DNA of 64,000 nt from Candidatus Latescibacterota bacterium (GTDB taxonomy: Bacteria > Latescibacterota > UBA2968 > GCA-2709665), in assembly GCA_963667175.2 (NCBI GenBank), contig CAXXXF010000006.1, forward strand, positions 160,001-224,000, in the 5' to 3' direction. A model generated the notes under the pieces. It was not told where the DNA came from. It saw only the letters and a list, made by a program, of their open reading frames with translations, and ran no database searches. The position numbers were made by a program, and so were the translations under genes. This document shows, in pieces, positions 19,553-29,700 of this stretch. The stretch's first letter is position 1; each line of letters begins with the position of its first letter.

Positions 19553-20317
19553 ATGAAACTGGGAATTGTCACGTATCAGATCGCGAAAGACTGGGATGTA
19601 CCAACATTGATCGATATGTGCCGAACAACGGGACTCCAGGGCGTCGAACTTCGCACCACCCACGCCCACGGCGTGGAACCCGACCTCGCGCCGGACGAAC
19701 GTGCCGCTGTCAAAGGCCGGTTCGAAGACGCGGGCATTGATATCGTCGGACTCGGAAGCGTCTACGAATACCACGCCCCGGATCCCGAAACCGTGCGTCA
19801 GAACATCGACGGTACCATTGAATATGCGAGACTCGCCGCCGACCTGGGTTGCCCGGGCGTTAAGGTGCGTCCAAACGGATTGCAGACGGACAGAGGCGTT
19901 CCTGAAGAGCGGACACTCGAGCAGATCGGGCTGGCCTTAAGAGAATGCGGAGAGGCCGCCGAGGGTCTGGGTGTTCAGATCCGGGTTGAAGTCCACGGTC
20001 GGGACACCTGCGAACCCCGGCGCATGCGCCGCATTATGGACCATGCCGACCACGAGAACGTCTGGATCTGCTGGAACTCGAACCCCCAGGACATCGTCGA
20101 CGGTTCGGTCAGGGCGGGTTTCAACCTCCTGAAACACCGGCTCGGGCTCGTGCACATCAACGAACTGCACAAGTCCGAATACCCGTGGCGGGAACTCTTC
20201 GGTCTCCTGAAAGCCGAAGGCTACGACGGATACACGCTCGCGGAAATCCCCGACAGCCCGGAACCCGAACGCCTGTTGCGCTACTATCGGGCGCTCTGGC
20301 AGGCACTGATGGCCTGA
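19553..20317 (+). CDS. Sugar phosphate isomerase/epimerase family TIM-barrel protein
   Basis: G.QGVELR, VEVH, VHI, GYDG...AE; AAAGGAG RBS. Confidence 0.85.
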   Translation: MKLGIVTYQIAKDWDVPTLIDMCRTTGLQGVELRTTHAHGVEPDLAPDERAAVKGRFEDAGIDIVGLGSVYEYHAPDPETVRQNIDGTIEYARLAADLGCPGVKVRPNGLQTDRGVPEERTLEQIGLALRECGEAAEGLGVQIRVEVHGRDTCEPRRMRRIMDHADHENVWICWNSNPQDIVDGSVRAGFNLLKHRLGLVHINELHKSEYPWRELFGLLKAEGYDGYTLAEIPDSPEPERLLRYYRALWQALMA

Positions 20318-20395
20318 TCCGGCGTACTGCATCGAACTGCACAGGTGCGTGGCGGTACCATGCGTATTGAAGTTCGTGCCACGGAACTTCCACAT

Positions 20396-21703
20396 TCATG
20401 CCCAAACCTCCCCCGTTTTCAGCCCGAAGTTGATGCGGTTGTCATTCAGAATTGATGCCGCACGTCCTGGCGAAACATCGACTACTGACCCATCCGACTT
20501 AGTCAGCGTCCATGCTTCTGTGGTCAGGTTTCGCAGGCCGAAAAGATTTCGAACTTGTGAATTCTGAACGACTTCCGCGATCGGCGTGTCGTCATCTCGG
20601 GCCTGACCGACGTGGTAGCCGAACAGTCGGGTGGTGCGATTGAGCAGGATGATTTCGTCGTCAATTTTGATGCGCGGTGGGAGTACCAGCGGCTTCTTGC
20701 ATGACCAGCAGCGCTTGCCGCCAGCGGGCGCAGCGACCGCAGGCTCATAGAAATTCTCGGCGCCGCATCCGCACCGCCAGATGCTGTTGATGGCACTGGC
20801 AAGAGCCTTCCGCCACTCCGACTCACGCACGCGCCTGGGCGGATAGCGCAATCCGTCCGTGAACGATCGCCGGAACAAATCGGCCAGAAATCCCGGGTAC
20901 ATGTCGCGAAAAGCGATGGGGTTGTCGTGAATCCCGGGAACAGGACGGTTGGAATCGTCCTTCGTATCCCAGATGTAGAGCGGATTAGATCCGTATAGTC
21001 GCTCGTAGGCAGGCACATCAAGACAGCGTATGTTCGCTTCAAGTTGACCGTCGAGGGGATGACCGCCGTACAAAAGAAAAAACAGAAGTACCGCCAGCGA
21101 GTAGAGATCGGTATCGGCAGACGGAGCTTGCTCTCGACGAACCACCTCTGGGGCCATAAAACGCTGGGTACCCATCACACTGCCCGTTTCGGCGCCCGTA
21201 ATGTCAACGTTGTCGTTGTCACAAATGCGGATATCGCCGGTCTTCGGATCAAAGAACACATTGGTAAAGGAAATGTCCCGATAGCAGAGGCCGTGGCTGT
21301 GGAGGCGGAGAAAGCCATCCGCGAGTTTTCTGCCAGCCGTGAGCAATGCACGCATTGATGGGTGGATCCGCCGTGCCATGAAATCTTCCACGCCCCGGAA
21401 GTTGGGCTCTCGAAGGGCCATGATGTAGCCGTACCGTTCTGACTGGATATCTTTTACCATCGCCATCGGCCACAGGAAGTGCGGTGCAGGCGAGCCTTTT
21501 TCAACCAACCGCTCAAGTACCGCTTTTTGTTCCACGGTAGACGTATTCCGGTGATATATCTTCACCGCGACGGCCTCTCCGCCGTCAGTGGCTTTCCAGA
21601 CCTCGCCTTGTCCCCCCTGACCGAGCAGGCTATTGGCAGTGATGCGCGTTCCGTCTGTAATTTTCAGTAGTTCTGGCTTTCGCATTTGCGACTTCTCCAT
21701 CAT
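20396..21703 (-). CDS. Ser/Thr protein kinase of a TerY-P-type triad, with zinc ribbon and beta-rich (FHA-like) C-terminus
   Basis: LGQGGQGEV, VAVK, YRDIS..N, ICDND, FMAPE, TDLYSLA; CxCG...CxxC. Confidence 0.9.
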   Translation of the reverse strand: MMEKSQMRKPELLKITDGTRITANSLLGQGGQGEVWKATDGGEAVAVKIYHRNTSTVEQKAVLERLVEKGSPAPHFLWPMAMVKDIQSERYGYIMALREPNFRGVEDFMARRIHPSMRALLTAGRKLADGFLRLHSHGLCYRDISFTNVFFDPKTGDIRICDNDNVDITGAETGSVMGTQRFMAPEVVRREQAPSADTDLYSLAVLLFFLLYGGHPLDGQLEANIRCLDVPAYERLYGSNPLYIWDTKDDSNRPVPGIHDNPIAFRDMYPGFLADLFRRSFTDGLRYPPRRVRESEWRKALASAINSIWRCGCGAENFYEPAVAAPAGGKRCWSCKKPLVLPPRIKIDDEIILLNRTTRLFGYHVGQARDDDTPIAEVVQNSQVRNLFGLRNLTTEAWTLTKSDGSVVDVSPGRAASILNDNRINFGLKTGEVWA

Positions 21704-22704
21704 TTCAAGATTGCTTTAGCCTTTACTGTTCCCACAACCCTGCAGAGGGCATCTCGGATCCATCGTACGATCCAGTTGTTCGATGTTGCCTCCAGATTCC
21801 CCGACGACGACTCGTCTGATTCCATCTCCGCTGGCCTCTCCATCGAAGTCCGATTCGGCTCATTTTGCGGCGAATTTTCCGACGATATTGTGGAAGAACC
21901 CGCAACAGTCTGGCTCGTTGATGGCGGCCAGTATATTAGCGCAAGGCCGATGTCGTCACCAGCTCCCTGAGCGGTGGTCTGCTCAAGGAAACCCCGCAAG
22001 TTCAAGGCGGAGACCCCATTCTTGCGTATAAGGTTGAGATAATCGGGGCCAATCTGCCTGAACGCGGCGTCCGTCGGGTATGATTTGCTGTATCCATCGG
22101 TCGAAAGCACGAGGAGTGTCTCTCCAACAGGTGCACGTAGGGCGCGCATACGAAGCGAGTACTCTGCCTCCGGAAGACACAGACTGGATGTTTCGTCGGC
22201 GAACACCGCAGGGTCGGCCGGTAGCAGGACTTCGGGTTTTCCATCCTTGGCGACGAGCAGAACATCGCCGTCTCCCAGTTGTCCAACCAACAGGAAGTCC
22301 GGCGTGGCTAAGGCGACTATGAGTGTCGATCCATAATCCGAGAGCGGCGATTCGTCGTCGCCAGCCTTGGCGCGTACTTGCGCTTTCCATTCCCGGACGA
22401 TATGCATGCGGAGGGGATGTTCGGCGCACTTCCGTACCTGCGTCAAATCTGAAGCGCATTCACCGAGATCCTCGGCGAACCGTACGAGCGAGGTAAGCGC
22501 CACCTGGACTGCGAGTCGGGCACCGACGTCGGCGTGTTTGCTCGTGCCATGGCCGTCAGCGACAGCCGCGACTACGGAGTCGGCGACCGCACAGACCCTC
22601 ACCTCATCCTGGCAGGGTTTACCGGACCGCATGTGGTTCGCACCGATGACACGCTCAAAGGCGAATGCGGGTCGTCGGCCGGTTTCTCGACTACCAGACG
22701 TCAT
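21700..22704 (-). CDS. PP2C-family protein phosphatase (TerY-associated)
   Basis: G..H......CQD, VADGHG, LGDG, LSTDG, GDD; ATGA overlap with the kinase. Confidence 0.9.
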   Translation of the reverse strand: MTSGSRETGRRPAFAFERVIGANHMRSGKPCQDEVRVCAVADSVVAAVADGHGTSKHADVGARLAVQVALTSLVRFAEDLGECASDLTQVRKCAEHPLRMHIVREWKAQVRAKAGDDESPLSDYGSTLIVALATPDFLLVGQLGDGDVLLVAKDGKPEVLLPADPAVFADETSSLCLPEAEYSLRMRALRAPVGETLLVLSTDGYSKSYPTDAAFRQIGPDYLNLIRKNGVSALNLRGFLEQTTAQGAGDDIGLALIYWPPSTSQTVAGSSTISSENSPQNEPNRTSMERPAEMESDESSSGNLEATSNNWIVRWIRDALCRVVGTVKAKAILK

Positions 22705-23407
22705 TGGCGTCTGCCAGGTCTGGCGCCGGAGGCGGAGGCAACGGCACATTGACGCCGGCGGGAGCAGCCGACGTCTGGCTCGCTGGAGCGGACGCGGCCT
22801 GCAACACTGCGGTGGACGCCCAACGGATATAATTGACCAGATCTTCTGCGTTGTCGGCCTGCAACGGTTGAATCTCTGCGTGACCGATGAAACGCTGGAG
22901 GACATTGTTATCCGCATCGCCAATTGCGATTGCAAGACGCACGGCCTTCTTGCCCCAGGGTTCGGCCATCAATGCTTCTAGCCCTTCATTGAAGTTATCC
23001 GTAGGTTGTCCGTCACTGATAAGCACCAGAACGGGAGGCAACGCACGCTCAGGCATCGGCGGCGTCTTGAGCGCGTCATCTGTGACCAGAGACAGGGCAC
23101 GCCCCATAGAGGTCATGCCATTGGCCGAAAGGTCAGTCCACTCAAACTCATCAACCGCTGTCGGCTGTGAAACGTGCCACTGGGCGCCGGATGAAAACTT
23201 GATCGCCCGCACAAGGACCTCCGCGTTCGGATTGCCGTGTGCGACCTCTCGCATATGCGGGATGGCCTCCCGGATCGCTTGATTGAGTGCTTGAATCTTG
23301 CGGCCCGCCATTGAGGACGAGCAATCCGCGATGAAGATGAAATGGAGGGGCCTGTTTGCGATCGGTCCGCCCGGGAGTTTGTGCTCCATTGACTCTTCTT
23401 GTTCCAT
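22691..23407 (-). CDS. TerY-like von Willebrand factor A domain protein
   Basis: DCSSSM MIDAS motif, A.G.T.MG.AL, LISDGQPTD; GGAGGAG RBS. Confidence 0.92.
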   Translation of the reverse strand: MEQEESMEHKLPGGPIANRPLHFIFIADCSSSMAGRKIQALNQAIREAIPHMREVAHGNPNAEVLVRAIKFSSGAQWHVSQPTAVDEFEWTDLSANGMTSMGRALSLVTDDALKTPPMPERALPPVLVLISDGQPTDNFNEGLEALMAEPWGKKAVRLAIAIGDADNNVLQRFIGHAEIQPLQADNAEDLVNYIRWASTAVLQAASAPASQTSAAPAGVNVPLPPPPAPDLADANDVW

Positions 23408-23447
23408 AGATTCTCCTCCGTGTTGAAGTTGCTTTGACCTGTTACGC

Positions 23448-25694
23448 CTATGAAGGGTTGACGACAGCCACGAGTTCGGCCTGAAGTCGTTCCGCGACGG
23501 GCTTCGCTGGCTCGAGTTGATCCCAGGTGCGGATGGCGAGGAAGCGCTCTCCGCGAAATTCGTAGAGTTCCCCTATCTCTGGAGGCGCCTCGGACGGGAT
23601 CGGCGGATGCAAACTCACTTCGCATGTTGACGGGGCCGGAAGTCGCTGCGGCCTATCGAAACGGAATTCCTCCGATGCGACACGGTTGAAATTTTCAATC
23701 TCCCTGGAAAGGCGGGTAGCATCGGCCTGAAGGTCGGCAATCGCCTTCTTCGCCTCGGTCAAGCGAGCAGATACATCGTCGAGTTCGGACAGGGGAGGCA
23801 ACCAATCTGATAGGCTCTCTCGGTCCTGCTTGTTGCGGGCGACCATCCGTTCTGCGTCCCTCACGCGCTTATACGCTCTCTTTCGTGGTCCCTTGGACCG
23901 CTGGCCCTTATGCTCTCTCTTGAGAGACTTCCAGAGTGTGTGCGATTCCTCCAGCTTTGCCTCAAGATCAGCCCGCTGCTTGTCCAAAAAAGCCTTCCGC
24001 TCCTGGCGTTTGGTTGCCACAACGTTGTCAAGAGTAGCCTGCCCTTCCCGTCGTCTATCCCCCGCCGCGCCCTGGGCTTCCTCGTTTGCCGCTAGCTTCT
24101 GTCGTGCCTCACCCAACTTGGCGTTGGCGTCATTGACACGCTGTTCCCATACGCCTCGCTGATCTTCCCTCGCCTTGGCATCCTCTGCATCCTGCTGCTG
24201 ATTAAAGGCGTTACGCCGCATCCCATCCACGCGACCGACGATCCGGACGAGGCGTTCCATGCGCTCCTCGGCTTGATCCGATATCCCGCTTGGACGCGAC
24301 TCACCGATTTCGTCAAGTTCGTCTCTGAGTTGCTCTCGTTCCGAGGCCAGGTTCCAATCCCGAGACGGGAGCCATTGGCGAAGTTTGTTCAACAGCCCTT
24401 CTTGACTTTCAAGTTCGTTAAGCTCGTGGCGGAGAGTAACCACCGTGCGTGACGCCCACTCATCCACTGCTGTCCAGCTACGTACGATCTCGGCAGTGTG
24501 GGCGTCCGGCGGCAAGGCAGCCGGTACTCGCTGCCATCGGATGGTCGCTTCCAGGGCGAGAGGTGGAATATCTGGTAAGCGAGCGGGCCGAAGAGAGTCG
24601 AAACTCAGCAACGGCGCGTCCAAATCGCCGGCGTCCAACAGGACGGTCTGGACGACCTCGGCTGGCTGAGTCGCCCGGTCCAGCAACACTCTGCCTTTGA
24701 CAGCGTCGAGCCGTCGATCAGGATGGAACTCCCAATCCGGTTGTTTCGCCATCTGGTCGAGAGCGTGGATGAGATTTATCGCCTCGCCACGGGGCCATTC
24801 GACCTGGAGTGCGATCGGTGCTTCCACGAGATCCATAACCATACGCTGATATGTAACCGTCGTCCTCGGAAGGCCGGTATCAACCCACAGGACCCGGTGG
24901 CCTCGTTGGCAGAGTGCCTTGGGAAGATCGAGATCTACTGGGCCATCTCTCCCGCCGTTTGCCCAGGCGCCAGTGGGAGGAACAAACAGCACTCGGGCAC
25001 GTCCGGGGTCTACCGCCAACGGTGAAATCCTGATTTCGGCATCGGGAACCGGATCGTCGATATTTCCGTCCAGTCGGAGCCGGCCAGCCGCGAGCGAGAC
25101 GTCGGTTCCGGGAGGGTCAAATGGTGCTGCCAGCGGCTCTTGGAAGGAGACTTCACCACTGATGTCCGGCAGGGCTTCGCGCTCTGCATGGAACCAGAAC
25201 AGCACTCGAAATGCCTCAAACAGTGACCGTGCCAAGGCTCCCTCGACGGGAATCACCCATCTTTGATGCTCTGCGGTCGGCCCTACGACAAGTCGTCCTT
25301 CGCGTCCCTTATCAACGACGAGCCAGTCCGCAGGTGTGCGAGGACCCAAGCGCGTGAGGACCCGGTCACCCATACCCGCCGTTCTTTGAACCATTGCAGT
25401 ATCGGCCTCAAGAGCACGGTCCCCATAGATATAAAGTCGGCAGTGCACAGGAAGAGATTGTAAGACAGCGTTAAGCAATTTGTGCGAGGTTACTGTCGAA
25501 CCTATCGCGAGGACTACGATGTGAGCATCCTTCACGAGCGGCTGCACGTCATTGAAGGCGTAGGAGGGGTTCAAGTCGGTCCACGGAAGGTCAATATTCG
25601 CACCATTGCCCTGTTCCCAGAGCGGAAGCTCTTTCTCCCTCCGGTCAATCCGTTCCTCGTGTACTTCGGATTGAATCGGCCCGCTACGCATCAT
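23448..25694 (-). CDS. Uncharacterised 748-aa protein: alpha/beta N-terminus (possible degenerate PLD-like fold) and long coiled coil
   Basis: Long ORF, ATGA-coupled to the upstream gene; charged heptad-like segment in the C-terminal half. Confidence 0.85.
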   Translation of the reverse strand: MMRSGPIQSEVHEERIDRREKELPLWEQGNGANIDLPWTDLNPSYAFNDVQPLVKDAHIVVLAIGSTVTSHKLLNAVLQSLPVHCRLYIYGDRALEADTAMVQRTAGMGDRVLTRLGPRTPADWLVVDKGREGRLVVGPTAEHQRWVIPVEGALARSLFEAFRVLFWFHAEREALPDISGEVSFQEPLAAPFDPPGTDVSLAAGRLRLDGNIDDPVPDAEIRISPLAVDPGRARVLFVPPTGAWANGGRDGPVDLDLPKALCQRGHRVLWVDTGLPRTTVTYQRMVMDLVEAPIALQVEWPRGEAINLIHALDQMAKQPDWEFHPDRRLDAVKGRVLLDRATQPAEVVQTVLLDAGDLDAPLLSFDSLRPARLPDIPPLALEATIRWQRVPAALPPDAHTAEIVRSWTAVDEWASRTVVTLRHELNELESQEGLLNKLRQWLPSRDWNLASEREQLRDELDEIGESRPSGISDQAEERMERLVRIVGRVDGMRRNAFNQQQDAEDAKAREDQRGVWEQRVNDANAKLGEARQKLAANEEAQGAAGDRRREGQATLDNVVATKRQERKAFLDKQRADLEAKLEESHTLWKSLKREHKGQRSKGPRKRAYKRVRDAERMVARNKQDRESLSDWLPPLSELDDVSARLTEAKKAIADLQADATRLSREIENFNRVASEEFRFDRPQRLPAPSTCEVSLHPPIPSEAPPEIGELYEFRGERFLAIRTWDQLEPAKPVAERLQAELVAVVNPS

Positions 25695-26791
25695 GCCTCC
25701 ATTCCCAAATCGGCACCCGCGGAGAGCAGCCATCTCGTCCGGGCGGCGAGGAGTCGACCATTCACCTCAGAGAGTACTGACGGATCGGGCGCATCTCCAG
25801 CCCATTTTGCCAGTGGGGTATCTTCGATAATGTCTGACCACTCCGACTGATAGGCATCGGGATCCATATATATGTCCTCAGCCTCGGCTTGAGCAACGAG
25901 AATAGCTGTTGCCCAGGTGCGAGCGTCACCCTTTGTTGCCGGGCCGACCGGTATGTCTCGGACCTCGACCGTATCGAACGGGCCGAAATCTCTGACCTGC
26001 TTATTCTTGTAACTCCTGGATCGAAGGAATGACTCGCGTCCGCCCTGCCCGACCTTTCCGTCATACGCTATGGCGAGGCGACCCACTTGCTCGTCCCATT
26101 GCGGTTCCCAGTCTGCGCAGAAATCGACCAACTTGCTCGGCTCCACCGACTCAGGTGAGGATCGGAACTTGCCGCGCCGCCCCCAGTCTCCGCTCACTTG
26201 CCCTTCAATCGTCCACTTGTTGCTTCCCGATCCAAGGTCTATATCCCACTGCAAATTCCCTGTGGTCATCTCTTCGACGCGGCAAACCGGACTTTGGCCT
26301 CTTTGTGCCGGGAACTTCGCAATGTTGAATCGCTTATCTTGGAAAATCGACGTGAATACCCGGTTGTGATTGGGTGAGAACCACGACGGAAGCTGCTCGT
26401 GGTTGCTGTAGTCGCGATCCCTCCTATCGCCAGGGGTGCGTTTGAAATCAAGGACATAACTTTCAAAGAGCGGATGGAATGCCACGAGCAGACGATATAC
26501 GCCCTGCTCCCGGGCAGGCGCCTCGCCCGACGACGCACAACGGCGTCCGAGAGCAGTCAGTACTCCGTTTCGATCAACAAGCTGAATATAGCGTAAGTGG
26601 CGCAACAGGTTTGCCCTTGCCCGACGCGACAGTCCCGGCAGGACAGTCTCAAACACGTCCTCTTCGAGAGCGCCATGGCCCCGAGCGGCGACGCATAAGA
26701 CCTGAAGATCCGGTCTCTTTTCCCAGACGGCGAGTTCTGCAAACACCGCAATGTTCCGGATCTCAACTTCTGCTTCGAGGCGGGCATTCAT
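25691..26791 (-). CDS. Uncharacterised 366-aa protein, possible N-terminal winged helix
   Basis: ATGA overlaps on both sides; LL..L...QLV....VLTALG resembles a wHTH wing. Confidence 0.85.
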   Translation of the reverse strand: MNARLEAEVEIRNIAVFAELAVWEKRPDLQVLCVAARGHGALEEDVFETVLPGLSRRARANLLRHLRYIQLVDRNGVLTALGRRCASSGEAPAREQGVYRLLVAFHPLFESYVLDFKRTPGDRRDRDYSNHEQLPSWFSPNHNRVFTSIFQDKRFNIAKFPAQRGQSPVCRVEEMTTGNLQWDIDLGSGSNKWTIEGQVSGDWGRRGKFRSSPESVEPSKLVDFCADWEPQWDEQVGRLAIAYDGKVGQGGRESFLRSRSYKNKQVRDFGPFDTVEVRDIPVGPATKGDARTWATAILVAQAEAEDIYMDPDAYQSEWSDIIEDTPLAKWAGDAPDPSVLSEVNGRLLAARTRWLLSAGADLGMEA

Positions 26792-29700
26792 CGCACACTT
26801 CCAAGCTCAAATAACGGTGTAGCATCTGCAAGCGCATTGAGTTCTTCGGATGGGCAATCCTCGGCGAAGTACTTCCGATGACCAAAGACGACGAGCAAGA
26901 ACCGGGCTCGGGTGATCCCCACGTTGAGCCGATTGGGGCTGTCCATGTGACCGGGCCGAGAGGTGTTCCTGAGACTCAGCAACACAAAGTCAGCTTCTCG
27001 ACCCTGGAATCGGTCAACTGTCGCGCAAGCAATCGTCGTGTTGGGAAGCGCGAAACGCGTCTCCGCACGTGCCTTTCCGGTGAGTTGTCGGAGCATGTTT
27101 CGCGTACCCAGTTCCTGCCGGTTATAGAACGAGAGACAGGCTACCGTCCAGTACTTGCCATCGGTTCTCTGGTGAGATTCGGCGTAATCCCGCCAGGCCA
27201 CCAACCAACGACGCATGGCTTCGATCTCGGCCTGGTTGATACCGCGCTCATCATGGCCGCGTACGTCTGTCCACACTCGTCGTGCCGGCGCCCTGAGCGC
27301 GAAGGACCAACCGTCTCGTTTGTCGCGTTCGTCAAGGGTATTTGCGTCTCTTAATGCTACTCCCTCGTAGAATTGGTCTCGAGGTAATCTCGAAATGTCC
27401 GGATGCATTCGGTGTTGAAATTCAAGTATTACTGCCCGCTCCTTCCATACGTCCTGCGGAATCGCCTCGGTGAGCGCGCTCCGGCAGCGGACGCGACGGT
27501 CGCTCCTGCCTATCCGGAAAGACTCAATCGCGCTGCGTACCCCTACGTCGCGGATTGCGTCAATGGCTTGAGGGACCCATTTAGAGTAAGGATCCACAGC
27601 TGGCATAAGGCTATCAATCTCGTCCTGTCGTCGTTCACGCTGTCCATCGTCTCGAGCACAGGCAAGCTGATGAACCCTTCCAAGCCGCCACGATACCTGC
27701 TTGGCCCAGGATTCCTCGCGCAGGAAATCCCGCTGGCGACTGGCCAACTCACGAGCCGCGCGGAATTGACGCCTCTGCTCCCAAATGGGTTTCGAAAAAC
27801 TGCCGCGGCGGTCAAGCCATCTTGCGAATTGGAACGCACGGGCTGAATCTAGATCCCAGTCGCGCAGTGCAAGTCCATCCGGCGGCAGATAAGGCGCAAC
27901 GCGATCTCGCAATTCAGGTGGAAATAGTATCCAGTCGGCTGCCAGTAAATGCAGCGCTACGGGTTGTCCGGCCTCAATATCTGTAATGGACACTTCATTG
28001 TCCGTGGGATTGCCTTGGACAACGCGCACGATCTCAGGCATGCGGTCGCTGTGCGTTACCCGAACCTCGATTTCCGCGCACAGCGCGTTGAGTACGTCGT
28101 CTCCCTCTTCGATCAACCATCTGACCCTTCTAAACCCGGCCTCCGGGCGCTGCAGCCGGAACAGGATCAGCAACGCCACCTGGTGGGCGTCGGAGAGTTT
28201 TGCTTCGTTTTCATCGCTGACCTCGGCAATGCTGGCTTCAAGATCCTTGGGTTCTGAAAAAGGCGGAAGTTGTCGCACGTCGCCGACCACAATCCACTTG
28301 CTGGCAAGCTGGGCGGGGACCAGAAACTCCTGGAACGTCGTCTTGCTCGCTTCATCAATGATCAGGACGTCAAAGTAAGGCCAACGCGGCCCTGTATCGT
28401 TCTCGCGCCTATGGCTTAACCGACGTATGTAGGGGTGCGCAAGGATACCCGTGGATGTGCCACAGGTGAGATTTACGGAAGAAAGAATGGTCGCTTCTGC
28501 GACCCGCTCCAAGTTGAAATCGTCGTCCCGGTCCGCGAAGACTCCGGCAGAACGCCAGGTTTCCGTCAATGCCGCGATTCGTTCATCGATCTGCACGTCG
28601 CGGATGGTTTGGTCCACCCGGTCCGCAAGCCCGATACGGACCGCCTCGACTTGCTCAAATTTGCCGACGAGGCGCTCCAGCACATTGTCCACGGCCACGT
28701 GTGTCGTGGAGCAGAGCAACACATTTAATCCCTGGTCGATGAACTGAAGCACCAATTCACAGATGGCGTGCGTCTTGCCCGATCCGGGCGGTCCTTCGAG
28801 AAACGCGAAGTCCGGTGTGCCAAGGGCTTTTTCTACGAACTCCCGTTGTTGGATAGTTCCCGACCAATGCTCGTCGCCAAGCAAATACCAGCGGGAAACG
28901 GACTCTGGTTGGCACCTCGGCCAACGAACCCTGTTGGGCGCTTCGCAAAGTCTGAGTAGGGCTTGATGGTGGGGTAGCGGGCTATCCCTTAGGCTAAATA
29001 TCGCCTGCCGCTGGCGTTGTAGGTTCGAAATGCTGGAAGGGATGAATAATGTCGATTCCTCGGCCGGGAGCCGCTCTAACTCCAGCTGGTAGTTGTCGCG
29101 ACGGAAATTAAATACCTCGAAGGCGTCATTGCGGTTGTTACCCCGTCTCGTGCGGACCTCGCGAACGCCCTCTTCCATATAGGCCGTTCGGATGTCCAGT
29201 GCCGCCTCGCTATCCACTTCTTCAGGGGGAAGGAGTTGAATCCAGACCCCGCGCCGTCGCCGGTTACCCCCCTCGTCTTCCGACCAGGCCCATCGGACAC
29301 CGTTGTCGGCGATGAAAAAGCCTTGATCTGGCAGTTTCTCCAGCGTCAGGTCTCGTTGACCGTTCCAGGGAATCTTCTCCCTGCCGACACGGAGACACGT
29401 GGCGCCCTCATGAGGGTCGGCCACCTGATGGGGTAGTTCGGCGCCATGCTTGTCTTCAAGGACAACATGGTCACAGCCTTTAATGACCAGGAAAATACGG
29501 TCAGCTTGTTCCGGGCGTTGGTACAGATGTGCGACCGTGCCGTCGCGACGCCGTGCGACCAACGTATCTGGCCAGATCGGATCTGTGGGAGTTAATGTGC
29601 AGGGACTGCCTTTCCAGAACACCTGTTCATCGGGATCCACCTCACTGTCAAGCACGAGGAGCAAACCGCTGGGGACTCGCTCAACGCGCTTGGGGACTAT

